A stretch of DNA of 58,306 nt, filler included, from Sphacelaria rigidula (Eukaryota), in assembly GCA_964200075.2 (NCBI GenBank). It is 5 parts of 5 records of this genome, joined end to end, with 100 filler letters (N's around TTAATTAATTAA, not from the genome) between each part and the next. Parts side by side here need not be neighbours in the genome. Positions count along the whole stretch, not along the records: positions 1 to 11,582 come from CAXNAA020004750.1; 4 more parts are not named here. One strand, written 5' to 3'. The notes beneath the pieces are model-generated. The model worked only from the letters and a program-made list of their open reading frames with translations. It ran no database searches and was not told the DNA's origin. Each line of letters opens with the position of its first letter. The stretch's first letter is position 1. Positions 1 to 11,682 of this stretch are shown here, piece by piece. A program made the position numbers and the translations under genes.

Positions 1-201
1 TTGGACCCTGAAATTTGGTATGGACAGTGCATAGGGCATGACAAAAAAATACTGAAGTACCAAAAAAAAAAATCATTAGTCTAAGGGCAATAATCGGTTT
101 TCAGGTCACTGAAATGCCCTTGACTCATGAAAAAAAATGGTTCTTCAGTACATTTTTTTGTTAAGCCCTATGCACTGTCCATACCAAATTTCAGGGCCCA
201 A
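1..201. repeat. Palindromic/foldback repeat (MITE-like), possibly truncated at the contig start
   Basis: ttggaccctgaaatttggtatggacagtgcataggg (1-36) is the near-perfect reverse complement of ccctatgcactgtccataccaaatttcagggcccaa (~166-201). Weaker pairing continues inward to a centre near 100. Confidence 0.8.
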
Positions 202-1699
202 CTCTAAATGTATAAAAGAGCATGGGCCTGCAAACTTCAAATCCGCCTCTAGGCTGGACCAGCTCGTATTACCGAGAAATATTTTTGGCATTTTTCGGTT
301 GAACTTTTGACCTTGACCATCCCCCGAAAAGAGATACATCCCCAACAATACGTAAGATCCCGTGTTACGAGGCTCCCTGGGTCTTTCGTGCGTATCATGA
401 GAGGAAATTAGATAACGCCAAAACTCCACATCACCGAAACATTACGGTTTCGGACATAATTCGACCCCGTTGGAACCGTTTTCAAATCTGTTCCTCGCGC
501 TAGATTCCCGAGCTGAGGCCGGTTGTTACGGCAACAGATCTTGGGCCCACATATTTTTGCATCCTGGTGAAACAAATCCGCGGCAAATTTGGTTTCGGGA
601 ACGATCTCATGGCAGCACACAGATTTTATACCATACAGTTCTGATTTGTATACCTCCACCAGGATTTCGAGTTTTATGTTCAGCGTGTTTCAACAGCTCA
701 CAGACCCGTAGGTGTCTCGTGTGTTGTGGTGTGCTGTAGTGAGGCCGTGTCACTGCCGCAGAGAGGTCATCACCACCCCACTAACACCAGTGCCGGTTCT
801 TTCGAGCACATAAGTGAGCGATCATACCCCCCTTCGTTACTGCTAGATAGAGTTGAATCCTTCATCGAAGGATGGCAGAATCACCCGCCAGACAGCTACA
901 GTGCGCATCACATGTCTCCTCTCTCGACGTCTCTGCAATGCTTTTGCTAGGAGACCGACGAACAAGGCGTGTCGTTTTTTGCCTCGTACGCGTGAAGCGG
1001 GCTCCATGGCGCGTCGGATGCGGCGTGTGGTTGCTTCGGGTGCTCTTGTTGGTTGTTGTCGATAGGATCACTCACAACGGCGCAGCCAGCACGCCGGCAC
1101 ATCCAAGAAAAACGCGGCGTGACCCCATTGTGACGGTCTGCCGGCCAAAACGCAAAAGCCCGTGTGCAAAAATCTGTGCTTGCCGACCCCCGCCAGTTTA
1201 CCCAAAAATCTGTGGGACTCGGGCCCCGAATCTTGGCCGCGGATTATTCCACCCAAAACTTTGAATAATCTGTACGCTGTGTACCGATAAGATGGGTGTG
1301 CAGTGTGACACGAATTATTGAAAATCTGAAGATCCGCGGCCAGAAATCTGCTGCCACAACATCCGGCCTGATGGCGGTTACTACGATTTGAAGTATGTGG
1401 AGATTCGGTGGAAATTAGAAATTCAGCTTGGAATTTCGTGTTTTCAATTTCAGAACAACTTGAAAGGCGCTGATTAGTCCAGGTACATTTTTGTCCATAG
1501 CGCCACCGCTTTAGCCTTGAAAAAATCCGGCTATGTCACCCTCTTCTCTGTTCATTGCGGTCAGTATAATACCATGTATGCGATTATTGGGTGCGTATTG
1601 CGGAAGGCATTTGCTGATGACTTACTTCTGTTTTTTTTGCGGAAACCAGCCTGCACAGCATACATAATGAATGACCTCACTGCGGCGGGATCAGATTCT

Positions 1700-1780
1700 G
1701 CGAAAGAAAAAAATGTTGGGATTCGAACTCGCGACCTCCATGAAGTAAAAGCCTTGTGCAACCACGACCACCATGACGGA
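1700..1780 (-). mobile_element. tRNA-derived SINE head (pol III A/B-box-like)
   Basis: The minus strand reads tggtggtcgtggt (A-box-like) ... gagttcgaatcc (B box), followed by a T-run. No full cloverleaf is visible. Confidence 0.45.
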
Positions 1781-3839
1781 AATGACTATACTACTGTAGC
1801 GCGGCTACAAGCAGAAAACATAAGGTGCAGCAGACGAAGATATCTCCAGTATGAGCACAGTTCTAGCGGTCTTTCTGTATCGCCACCCACCCGGTGGTTC
1901 AGGTCTCTTTTTTGTTGTGATAATAACCAGGTGATAATATAGGGGAAAAAAAATTAGAGCAAAATACTGGTAAATGACATTGGGTTGTGTCGCACATGAT
2001 TGGGCAATAACCGGTTTACTAGATCCTTGGCACGACGTGTTTCACTAGCCTGCAGCAAGGGTGCTTATGTGCTTGGAGAGAGGAGGCACTCTGAGGAACA
2101 AGCCAAGGTGACGTGTTGTTAGGCTTACGGCCGTTTTGTTTCTTGCCACGTGAGCGCGCCATTTTTTGCCGCTTGTCGGCGATGTCACTAAACTACACAA
2201 ATTGCGGACAGTTTGCGCCTCCCATACTACAACAGTAGTAGCCGGTAGCAGTAGGACTCGTACTAGGACCGTTGGTAGTTCACGGGGTATAACACCCTCC
2301 AGGGTGAAGGTCGTCCGAGCTCATTTTTGTCAAACAAGATCCTGTACTTCAGAACAATACTGATGACCTGAAATAACTTGAGGAGATCATCTCAGCAATA
2401 CTGATTTCGTCTGCATGGCCGTACCAAGTCTCGAGAAAATCTCGGAGCAAGAGAAATGTTACATTTCGTTATCTACTGAAAAAGGGGGGCACCTGCGGCC
2501 TGTGCCATGGCGCATACCGTAGGGTCTGCACTCGTGATACACGAGGCTGCCGTTCACTATACCAGAGAGAGGCGAGCGGGGGGAGGAGAAAAGCTCGCAA
2601 CTGAAATACTTTCCATTGCTCGTATTACTTGGTCTGTTGCTGTTTGCAGATGGTAGAGCCAAGACATGGCAGTTTTCCAGTGTTCATAACGATACTGGGT
2701 CGCTGGCTTGGATGTTGGGCCTGTTGCAAGTATTCTGTTCTGTGCTGTGACGTACAGCGCGGCAGGCAGCAGTACCCCGTGATGCTGTTCTGTATCCCAC
2801 CGTCGTTGCACCAGCTCTGTGAGATGAGTATCGCAGGGCCCACCATGCTGTGAACGCCGACGTGGCGGAATCTCTTACCCAAGTTTCTCTAACCGAAGAG
2901 GGCGCACATCAACGCCGTACATGTGTATTGTCCCGACTGCAACAGCTATCAATCATTCCGTGGAGACCTGCACAAGTCGAACGCATCTTACCCGAACACA
3001 TCAGTTTTTTTTTTATTTTGCGCGTCGGGAATGGCTGTGTCTCAGCGAGACAAGAGCTAGAAGGCGGGAGAAAGAACTTGACAATTTTTCTCTACCCTCA
3101 ACGATCAGCTCAGACCTCAAGACCATCTTTCGTCTTGAACCAGAATGGATTATCAAAACTGGCGTTTTCGGGCGATGTGAAAATCACACAAACTTGTGGT
3201 GGAATTCAAAAAGGAAGAAAACAGCACAAAACAGCCGTTTGGATTCGTAGACGTCAGGCAAACTTTCAAATGTCGCCTCTTCAGTTCAGGAAACAAAAGC
3301 ACGACAGCAGACAGCCAATGGCGACAGAAGAGTGCTCGCTATGATGTCTGTAGAAAAGGAATCAAGAAAAAGATCATACTACCTATACTATGGTAGTCAT
3401 ACCGTGGGAACGCATATACAAGAAAATTGTTCATGCAGTATAGCCGCAACGGGCGGAACGCCGTGTAAAAAAAAAAACAGGTTGTTTACAATGCAGAAGG
3501 CTGACCGAAGAGGCCCCGAACGTGGGGGACGGTGGCGGCTTGAGTCCAGCAACACCGTGCGACTCGCGATTGGGCACAAATTTGCAAACAGTTTTCTACC
3601 TGTCTCGATAAGGCACGACCTCAAGCCGCCAATTGAGCTGGTGGCGGTGTTCGTCATTTTTCATACTCAAAAAAACCCAAGACATCGTGGCCGTACTTGG
3701 CCGGGGCTTGAGCCTCCGCAGGTATGCTCCGGGTTGCCTCGTGTTAGGGTCAGAACTTACCCCGACACGATAGTTTTAGAATATGTCCCGTTACGTTTTG
3801 TTAGTTACGTCTTCATTTTGCGCGTGTTGTTCAGAATTA

Positions 3840-4592
3840 GGGCGTGTCTCGGGGCGTGTCTTGGCTCACTACTTTTCGATCGAAGTTGTGCGGTAGAAAA
3901 CAAAAATCCCGATCTGATAGGTCGTAATTCGAGCCATCGTCGTTAATTTTGAAAGTGGTTGAAATCACGACCTATCAGATCAGGGTTTTTGTTCACCACC
4001 GCACTTTTTCGATCGAAAACTAATGTGCTAAGTAAGACACGGCCTCAGCACATTTTTTTGTCGACCGAAGAAGTGCGGCGGAAAAAAAAAGTCGATCTGA
4101 TAGTTGCACTGAATTTATGTTCCTAGCTGACTTCAACTATATTTTTAAAAGTAGTAGCGCGCGGACAGGAAGGGGAAAAAAAAGTTATATTTTTACGATC
4201 GAAAACTTGCGGAGAAACGGCACGAAGGGGCACTTGACTCTTAACTTGCAGACCACCACGCCAGATAACACCCGTTCACAGAACCGTGCAAACCCCACAC
4301 AGTTTTTTCTCCGCCGCCACCGTAACCCTGCAGCATAGAGCACGTGTTGAACACACGGATAAATACACCGCGATGATTTTTTTTTTTTTTTTGCTGGCGA
4401 AAACTTGAGCATCTTCGTTAATGGATCGGCCACGGAACCGCGTGGTAGGGTAAGCGACCGACTTGCGTACACGCTCATGCACAGTGCAGGCACTACAAAG
4501 CTGCACGCTGTTCAAGCCCTCGTCACGTCGCGTGTCAGTAGAGAGTATAGATATAGTCGTGCGCTGTACTACACGTTGCCCGCTTCACTTCG

Positions 4593-4636
<44 letters not shown>

Positions 4637-4815
4637 GTATGCAAATGCAAACAGTTCAGACAGTACAATGCCGTTTCACGAGTTTCACCGTCTTTTTCCG
4701 ATCGAAAGCTTGCAAATTCGCCTGGACCCAACTCGCGAGAAATGAACGAATCCGCTCAAATCAATTCCACCGCTCATTTTTTTTCGATCTACAAAATATG
4801 TGCTAAGACACGCCC
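3840..4815. mobile_element. PIF/Harbinger-like non-autonomous element (family H1) with a nested MITE
   Basis: Termini are gggcgtgtc...gcaca and tgtgctaagacacgccc, flanked by TTA at 3837-3839 and 4816-4818. The internal sequence is homologous to 44049-44871 and contains (CA)n at ~4596-4635. Confidence 0.8.
3852..4044. mobile_element. Short palindromic MITE (family H2) inserted into the left TIR of H1
   Basis: gggcgtgtcttgg...ttttcgatcgaa...gatctgataggtcgt pairs with acgacctatcagatc...tttcgatcgaaaa...taagacacggcc. Flanks tcg/tca interrupt the outer TIR gggcgtgtc|tca|gcaca. A second copy lies at 46374-46552. Confidence 0.75.
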
Positions 4816-5020
4816 TTAGTGGTGTTATTTCACATCGAATCCAGAACATTGCTCCCCGAGCAAGTGGCGAACAGCGCGGTTTGTTTGGTGGCCACAAACA
4901 TCGCCGACTGTTCTCAACCACGGAGTTTACCTTGAAGGCGAATAAGCGAAGAGGAAAACCACATCCAGCCATCGATAAACAGTGTCGATTGGTATCACAG
5001 AAATGTCCCCGTAGACTCTT

Positions 5021-5082
5021 CTGTGACCACGGGTTCGCGAGATCGGACTAATGTGCGGAAATAATAATAAATAATAATAAAT
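5021..5082 (+). repeat. Retroposon (LINE/SINE)-like 3' end with (TAA)n tail
   Basis: ctgtgaccacgggttcgcgagatcggactaatgtgcggaaa+(taa)n. A near-identical copy at 7967-8007 is followed by (tac)n. Confidence 0.6.
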
Positions 5083-5584
5083 GAAGACCCCAGCGCCTTG
5101 TTAGCTTGTTGCGGCAGGAGAGGGGTATGCGTGTTTGTGAGCGCGGTCGTTGCTATTCGAGAGATCTGGATACTGGTACCATACAGAGTAAGAGTCGAAG
5201 TTACATACTTTTTGTCTTGGAAATCGCGAGAGTTTGAACCGGTCGTTGAGAAGTCCGCTTTGCTTGAATTGTAGATGTATCGCCGAAAACGCCGTGCTAC
5301 AAGCGCCGTCCCGAAGGCTTGCTGTTTTCGCCATCAGTGTGTCGACTCAAGGCTACCTCGTCACCCACGTTCCCCCCGCCCCCTGCTACCCCCTCTTGGT
5401 TTTGCTGGTTGTGGTCACCATTCCCCCCCCCCCCCGACACCCTCTCTGCTCGCGTGTTTCTCCTCTTTGGTCTGCTGTTACTGGAAGCCCTCCTCAGAGT
5501 TGCGCTGCTGGGTGCCTCGCCACAAGAAGAAGCATCCGCGGTCTGTTTGGTATGTTACAGGTCGTTTAACAGGTGACGTTACCC

Positions 5585-5965
5585 TGGGAGATCGCCATTT
5601 CAGTACGTCGTCATTCTGAGATATCGCGAAGTTGAAATATCGCTCATCGCGGTGATCATCAACTTGGGAGATCGTCATTTCGAGAGATTGTCAATTTGAT
5701 ATATTGCCTATACGAGAAATCGCCAGTTGGAGAAACCGCCATTTTTGTCTACCTCGAATTTCATGAGACCGCTGACTCAATGACGTGACCTCAGTAGATC
5801 TTCATTTTGACACATCGTCGTATCTGAGAGGTGACGAATTTGAGAAATCGCTTATTGTGGATATCGTCAATTTGAGACATGGCCAATTCGAGATATTGCT
5901 AATTTGAGAGATGGACAGTGTAAGAAGTCGTCACGTCTTTACCTCGATTTTTACGAAACCGCTAC
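5585..5965. repeat. Degenerate 16-bp minisatellite with a ~190-bp higher-order repeat
   Basis: Units include gagatcgtcatttcga, gagattgtcaatttga, gatatcgtcaatttga and gatattgctaatttga. The spacer tacctcga.ttt.a.ga.accgct recurs at ~5750 and ~5940. Confidence 0.7.
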
Positions 5966-6334
5966 CGGAGTCGGGCCATTTATCTATAACGATGTGTTCA
6001 TGAAAAAAAAATATATATATGTGCTTGTGTATGTAGCTCTTACCGTTTGGGAGCTTTCAGCTCTAGCATTAGGCAAAAAATCGCGTGTATATGGCCCCTT
6101 TAACTCGTGTTGTGTGCATAAATCCACCAAATTGTAGTAACCACCGCTGAGATATGGTAATCCTCCGAATATGTTCTCTCTTTTTTTTCATACGCTTTAT
6201 GAAAATCACACGAACTACTTTTTTTTGGCAAGAAGCTTGAGAGGATTTTTTTAGTCCTCGCACATGAACAAGGTTGATTGATTGTTGTCGTCATCGCCAC
6301 CTTCGTAATTCTAAACTGCTTTTTCTGTTTCTGT

Positions 6335-6382
6335 TTTTGTTGTTGTTGTTGTTGCTGTTGTTGCTGCTGCTGCTGTTGCTGT
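6335..6382. repeat. (TGT)n/(TGC)n microsatellite
   Basis: Seen directly. It explains the poly-Q, poly-C and poly-L spurious ORFs. Confidence 0.95.
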
Positions 6383-6451
6383 GCGTCTGTCCGGTCAACG
6401 TACACACGTCTTTGTGTACATACTCTCGATGTAGCTGCAGAGTCACCAAAT

Positions 6452-6615
6452 ATGGCCAACCGCACGGTTGAATCGTTGACCCTGAACGTGGTGGTGGCCG
6501 TTACTTCGTTCCTGTTCATGGCGGTGTTGTTCCGCTTGGCGTGGCGTGTGTCGGGGGACAAGGTGTGGAGGTTTAATTCCTTCTCCGATGTTACCAAGGC
6601 CGACTGGTGTTCCAG
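6452..6615 (+). CDS. TLC (TRAM/LAG1/CLN8) domain membrane protein, TMEM56/TLCD4-like, coding exon 1
   Basis: ATG at 6452 gives MANRTVESLTLNVVVAVTSFLFMAVLFRLAWRVSGDKVWRFNSFSDVTKADWCS, ending at donor AG|gtaagc (phase 2). It splices in frame to 10321, giving W-C-S-R-V-N-S-T-L-H-A, the typical start of a TLC domain. Confidence 0.8.
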
Positions 6616-7966
6616 GTAAGCGTTTGCGTGTCTTCGCCGGTTGGGATTATGCGTGGACGGTGTATTATTGGTCGCTGTTTTTGACGTTATGCCCCTCTCT
6701 TGGGTTGGTTGCTGATGGTGGTGAGAAGAGCTGTCTAATTTTTGCTTTTTTTTTAATCATCAGGATGGGTGTTTTGCCGTTTGTTTTCACGTGCCCTCTT
6801 TGTTTGTTGTTTGTCTTTTTCATTCACCTGTCAGCCAGGAACATTTTTTTTTCTTGTTATGTGATGATTGACACCAAGTTGTTCGCGTCGCCTCAACTTT
6901 TAAGGCGTTCCGGGCTGTATATATCAATCTGCCTGTGTGTTACAGAGTGAAGACGGTTTTCGTGAGATTGAGAGTTGGGTGCGGAGTGAGAGTGGCCTGG
7001 ATCATTCGCTTTAACTTGGCCATTTTTTTCATTCCGTGTGTGCCTTCAGTCTTCTCATCACTGCCATGTGCTTACAGCTACACGTTGATATCCTACTCAG
7101 GGGTATCGAGGGTCTCAGTGGCAAGCTACTACGGAGAGAATAATGGACCTGGTGGAGGTGCATTTCGGAACTGAAACGGCTTGTTCACTAATTGACCGCT
7201 TTTCACTCTCAATCGTACCTTTAACTCTCAATTTCACGAAAACGTTGTTAGTAGTGAGACGTAGAGCGTATCTTATGCCACAGCAAATCTTTCACGGGAG
7301 CATATCCCATTGTGTTCGAGCACCGCCTGAGATATGTGTGTTGAGCGCGTTGTCCCAACTTCACAGCAGGAATCGCATGTGAGGGGAATCGAAATATTAG
7401 CCAGTGTAGCGAGGAAGGTGCTGAAATCTAAATGAACCCTGGACGAGATGTTTAGTATGTTCAATACACGCGTCGACCTCATAGACGTGACCCCACAGGA
7501 TACTAAACCCCGGAAGATGGAAGCGTTTCTGCCGCTGTAGAGCTGCAGTGGGGTGATGAGGTGTTCAGTAGCACGCCAAAAAGTAACCCCTCCCCCCCTA
7601 CAAGATAAGGGTTTGGTACGAGAGTAGTAGTGAAACCAAGCAGGGTCATAATCCAAATGACGGTCTCCTCGAGGACGGAAGGGGTTGGTGAAGTCACCGT
7701 ACAATTTGTGCGAGAAGAGGACGTGTTCCGTGTGTCGAGATGCCAAACACGTTGTGCACTGAAGTTTTAGTATCCCTATGTTTTTCGTGGCAACTGAAAT
7801 TTGTCATTCGGACCACATGTCATGGGAAGAGAATCGGTCAGATACAAATATGATCATTTGTTGCGAAGGCAGACTTGAGCATGTGCCATTTTATAATTTT
7901 TGCACTTGAGGGACACTATGTCTTGCAAGGAATAGCAGGGACGGTATTGGAGAGACGAGCCTACGT

Positions 7967-8019
7967 CTGTGACCACTGGTTCGAGAGATCGGACTAATAT
8001 GCGGAAATACTACTACTAG

Positions 8020-8062
<43 letters not shown>

Positions 8063-8100
8063 GCTACCACTAGCAATAACAATAACAATAACGATAACAA
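7967..8100 (+). repeat. Retroposon-like 3' end with (TAC)n/(AAT,AAC)n tail
   Basis: Homologous to 5021-5060, followed by a (tac)n microsatellite. Confidence 0.6.
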
Positions 8101-8107
8101 AAACAAA

Positions 8108-8687
8108 GGCCGCCTCTTAAAGCAGACAAAAATAAAAATCTGGGAACGTGCCTTTTTGGAGTTTTTACGTCGTTTTACGTCCTAAAAGAAAGCTAGGCGG
8201 ACGTTGACACCTTGGAATGACTTGCTCTACTGGTTGAGGCGATTCCAGGACATCTTCCCGTTTTCCGGTGGCCGCAGTTTTGGTTTTGGCCAAACAAGAA
8301 TTTTTGTCCAAGAACGGTAAAAAACAGTCAAGTCCAGAAAAAATCGCACACATCTTACTGTTTCCCGGTGGCCGCAGTGTTCGGTTTTGGCCACGCAAGA
8401 TTTTTTGTCCAAGAACGGTAAAAAACAGCCAAGTCCAGAGAGAAGTGGCGATTTTTCTGGACTCGACTGTTTTTACCGTTCTTGGACAAAAAATCTTGTT
8501 CGGCCAAAACCAAAACTGCGGCCACCGGAAAACGGGAAGATGTCCTGGAACCGCATCAATTAGTAGAGCAAGTCATTCCAAGGTGCCAAAATCCGCCTAG
8601 CTCTCGTTTGGGGCGTAAACGACGTGGAAGCTCCAAAAAGGCACTTCTCCTTTCTCTTTTTCTTTTTGCCTGTTATAAGGAGCGGCC
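8108..8687. mobile_element. Foldback MITE (family F1) with ~240-bp inverted arms
   Basis: The left arm (ggccgc...ccttggaatgacttgctc...ttccggtggccgcagttttgg) is the reverse complement of the right arm (ccaaaactgcggccaccggaa...gagcaagtcattccaagg...ggagcggcc). There is a ~95-bp internal duplication (8250-8347 vs 8350-8445) and a second copy at 43569-44045. Confidence 0.85.
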
Positions 8688-9146
8688 CAAAAAAATGCAC
8701 GGACAGTCGAGCGAACTCACCGGAACGATGCAAAATAATTGGGCTCCAATTTGCATCGAGTCGCCCGACTGTAAAACATTACAACATTGGTTTTTTAGTC
8801 TCGATGCCGGTTTGTTTTGGACGAAACATGAAAGCATGAGCAGGCCGCGCCTCTGCTGACTTTTTACAGCTACGTACACGACCAGTCCAGAGAGATGCAA
8901 TAATAGTCCGCGGTGTTGGTCTTGAGGGTAGCGGTGCGCTGTGCCTGTATTTTTTTTTTGGGGGTTTTTTGCTTTCTTGGTTGTGCCGACATGATGGAGA
9001 AACGTCGTTTTTTCGTGTTCGTGTTTGCTGATAGTTCGATCAAAGAGTGAACAACACCTTCCCCAACAGTTTTCGAGAGCCACATGGAGTGTTGTGTATT
9101 CCATCAAGGCTGGACGCGTTTCCGTGGAACATGGCGCAACTTTTCC

Positions 9147-9390
9147 CGATTTGGACGAATTATCTCCGGTTCGAATAACCAAACCCACGATTTTTCAGGC
9201 CTGATTGCTCAAAAGAGGGAACAAAAAAAGTCGACCGATGGTCAAAAAGGTTTTCACGCAACTTTCGCGCCATTCCGCGTGCCTGGGCTGCGCGTACCTG
9301 GGCTGCAACGCAGAAAACAAAGCCCAATGATTGATTATAACACTAAAATCAAGTAATTCCCAGGCGAATCATTTTATTCGTCCGACCCGT
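9147..9390 (+). repeat. Dispersed ~245-bp repeat, copy 1
   Basis: Colinear diverged match to 10986-11241 (gttcgaat.accaaa.ccacgattt...cctgggctgcgc...cactaaaatcaagtaatt). Confidence 0.8.
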
Positions 9391-9404
9391 GCAACTTTGT
9401 TCAT

Positions 9405-9500
9405 CGATCGATTGATCGACTGAGTGTCGCACTCTAACTGGTGCCCCTGAGATCCAGCCATGGTCACATGAAAGACGTATGCGATGTAAGACAAGACTGA
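9405..9500 (+). repeat. Dispersed SINE-like repeat preceded by (GATT)n-like sequence
   Basis: The core aactg..ccc..gagatccagcc.tggtc.catg recurs at ~33595-33640 and ~48095-48140. Confidence 0.55.
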
Positions 9501-9829
9501 AACACCCGCTGAAGGAAGCTGGAGAAAACAGGAGAGGAAACAAAAAAAAAAAACGCTGATCAGTGCCTAGGCGCCCATCTGCCTTGCATGTTAGGTTTTT
9601 GGGTTCATGTCTTGACCAGTTCAGGATAGTCGACCATACGTTGCGTGTATTATAAAGGTTTACTTTTTTTTAGCACACACACACACAAAATATGTTCCAG
9701 AATGGGTGTTTTGAGAGCTTTTTCTATTTCGCTTTTCATTTAGCTCATTGGTTTTGCCGTTCATAGGACACTTTTTTTTCGTGTTGGAAGATGCTCTCGG
9801 GTTTTTGTACTCTCTCTCATCCCCACAAG

Positions 9830-9959
9830 TACATTCGCTTCTTTTTATTTTTCTTGTTTTTATGTGTATGTCACATTCGCTTCTTTTTATTTTTCTTGTT
9901 TTTATGTGTATGTCACATTCGTTTTTCCTGTTGATCCAATCTGTTGCTACTGCTACTGT

Positions 9960-9996
<37 letters not shown>

Positions 9997-10310
9997 ATTC
10001 CTTTTTTGTTTTTTGTTTGATACAGATGTCACATTCGTTTTTCCTGTTGATCCGATTTGTTGCTACTTCTGCTGCTTCTACTGCTGCTGCTGCTGCTGCT
10101 GCTGTTATTATAATACTGTTTTTAAATTTCTTGTTTTTATGTATATGTCACATTCGTTTCTCGTGTTGATCCAATATGTTGCTACTTCTGCTGTTTCTGC
10201 TGCTGCTACTGCTAGTATGACTGCTTTTTTTTTCTTGTTTTATGTATATGACACATTCATTTTCGCTCTTGATCAATTTTGTTGCTGCTACTGCTGCTGA
10301 TGCTGTTGGT
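9830..10310. repeat. Compound minisatellite: ~110-bp units containing (GCT)n
   Basis: tgtcacattcgtttttcctgttgatcc...gttgctac...(gct)n recurs at ~9911, 10027, 10147 and 10250. A shorter duplication lies at 9830-9915. Confidence 0.85.
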
Positions 10311-10320
10311 TACCACCCAG

Positions 10321-10451
10321 GGTAAACTCTACCCTGCACGCGGCCGTGGTGAGCGTTCTCGTGGTGGTGTGTGTTGCGACCATGAAATTTGACCCGGATA
10401 CGCTTGTGCCCACGTCATCCACCACCCTCCTCGATATCACCTTCAGTATAT
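10321..10451 (+). CDS. TLC domain protein, coding exon 2 (gene continues beyond the contig)
   Basis: Acceptor cacccag|G; (R)VNSTLHAAVVSVLVVVCVATMKFDPDTLVPTSSTTLLDITFSI; donor T|gtgagt. The phase matches exon 1. It is not in the ORF track. Confidence 0.8.
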
Positions 10452-10985
10452 GTGAGTGCTATTGTCGTTGTTCACTTGTAGTGCTGTCACTATCATCTCT
10501 TCATTTGCCTTCCTTCTGAAAATGGAAAGGCAGTCAGAATTTACTGTCGGGAATCACGAAGGCACGAAGTTGTATAGACCACTAGGTAAGATGAAAATCC
10601 CGTACTCGTGTAGTTTAATGTACACGCGCAATAAACTGATCTACTCGGGAAATAATTATCGGGAAGACAAACGTTGGTGGTGTGTATCCATGCCACTTGT
10701 AAGTCTACCTTTTGTTGGTGTTACTTTTGGTTCTGTTTTTGTTTTTTTTGGTTTTGCAAGGCGGTATTTTTTTATCGATGAATTTTCAGGGGTACTGAAT
10801 TTTGAAGGAAAAAAAGTCGTTGACGGTGGAAGTAAGGGTATAGTCATATATGTTTCGGTTGATTTGATGGATTGGTTGCATTATGTGATAGGATTGGTCG
10901 GTTGATTGCATTGATCGGTTGGTTTGGTTGGTTTGGTTGGTTTGGTTGGTTTGGTTGATCGGTTGATTTGATTGATTGATTGCAC

Positions 10986-11241
10986 GATTCGGATGAATCA
11001 TCCCTCGTTCGAATCACCAAATCCACGATTTCTCAGACGTGGTTGCTCGAAAGAGAGAAAAAAAAAGTTGATCGCTGCTCAGAAAGGTCTCCACGCAATT
11101 TTTGCGCCATTCCACATTCCTGGGCTGCGCCCACCTGGGTTGAAACGCTGAAAACAAAGCCTAAGGATTGCTTCGTACGGTACGAATCAATCACACTAAA
11201 ATCAAGTAATTTCTAGACGAATCATCAAGTCGTCTGACCCT
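10986..11241 (+). repeat. Dispersed ~255-bp repeat, copy 2, flanked by (GATT/GGTT)n
   Basis: Diverged direct copy of 9147-9390. Confidence 0.8.
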
Positions 11242-11582
11242 TGATTGGTTGGTCGGTTGATTGGATTGATAGATATGTTGATTTGATTGGAAGAATGATT
11301 TATTTTATCGATACAGTATAGTTTTACACGAAGTAGTAAAAAATTCCATGGTTGAGTCCGGATGTCGACCTACCGCACTCTGCTGGGACCCTCACTATAA
11401 TGTCTAACTAAGGTTGCGTGTGAACGCTCCCGTGCAAGCGGGTCAATTAGACCTACTCTTCAAACAGTACACTTCACAAAACCCTTCAGTTCTACTTCAC
11501 CCTGCGACATTTTTCATTTTCGAACGCTTGATGAGACAGTGCAATATTTTTCCATCATCGTTTACGTTCGACGAGGGCGAGA

Positions 11583-11682
11583 NNNNNNNNNNNNNNNNNN
11601 NNNNNNNNNNNNNNNNNNNNNNNNNNTTAATTAATTAANNNNNNNNNNNNNNNNNNNNNNNNNNNNNNNNNNNNNNNNNNNN
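11583..11682. other. Artificial contig-joining spacer
   Basis: 44N + TTAATTAATTAA (stops in all six frames) + 44N. Confidence 0.99.

Noticed and set aside
6100..6597. Poly-Q, poly-C and poly-L ORFs (also 7891-8106, 9748-10300, 46471-46678)
   Set aside because: These are translations of trinucleotide microsatellites in introns or intergenic DNA.
11627..11638. TTAATTAATTAA palindrome recurring every ~11.68 kb
   Set aside because: It is an artificial six-frame-stop linker inside the N spacers.
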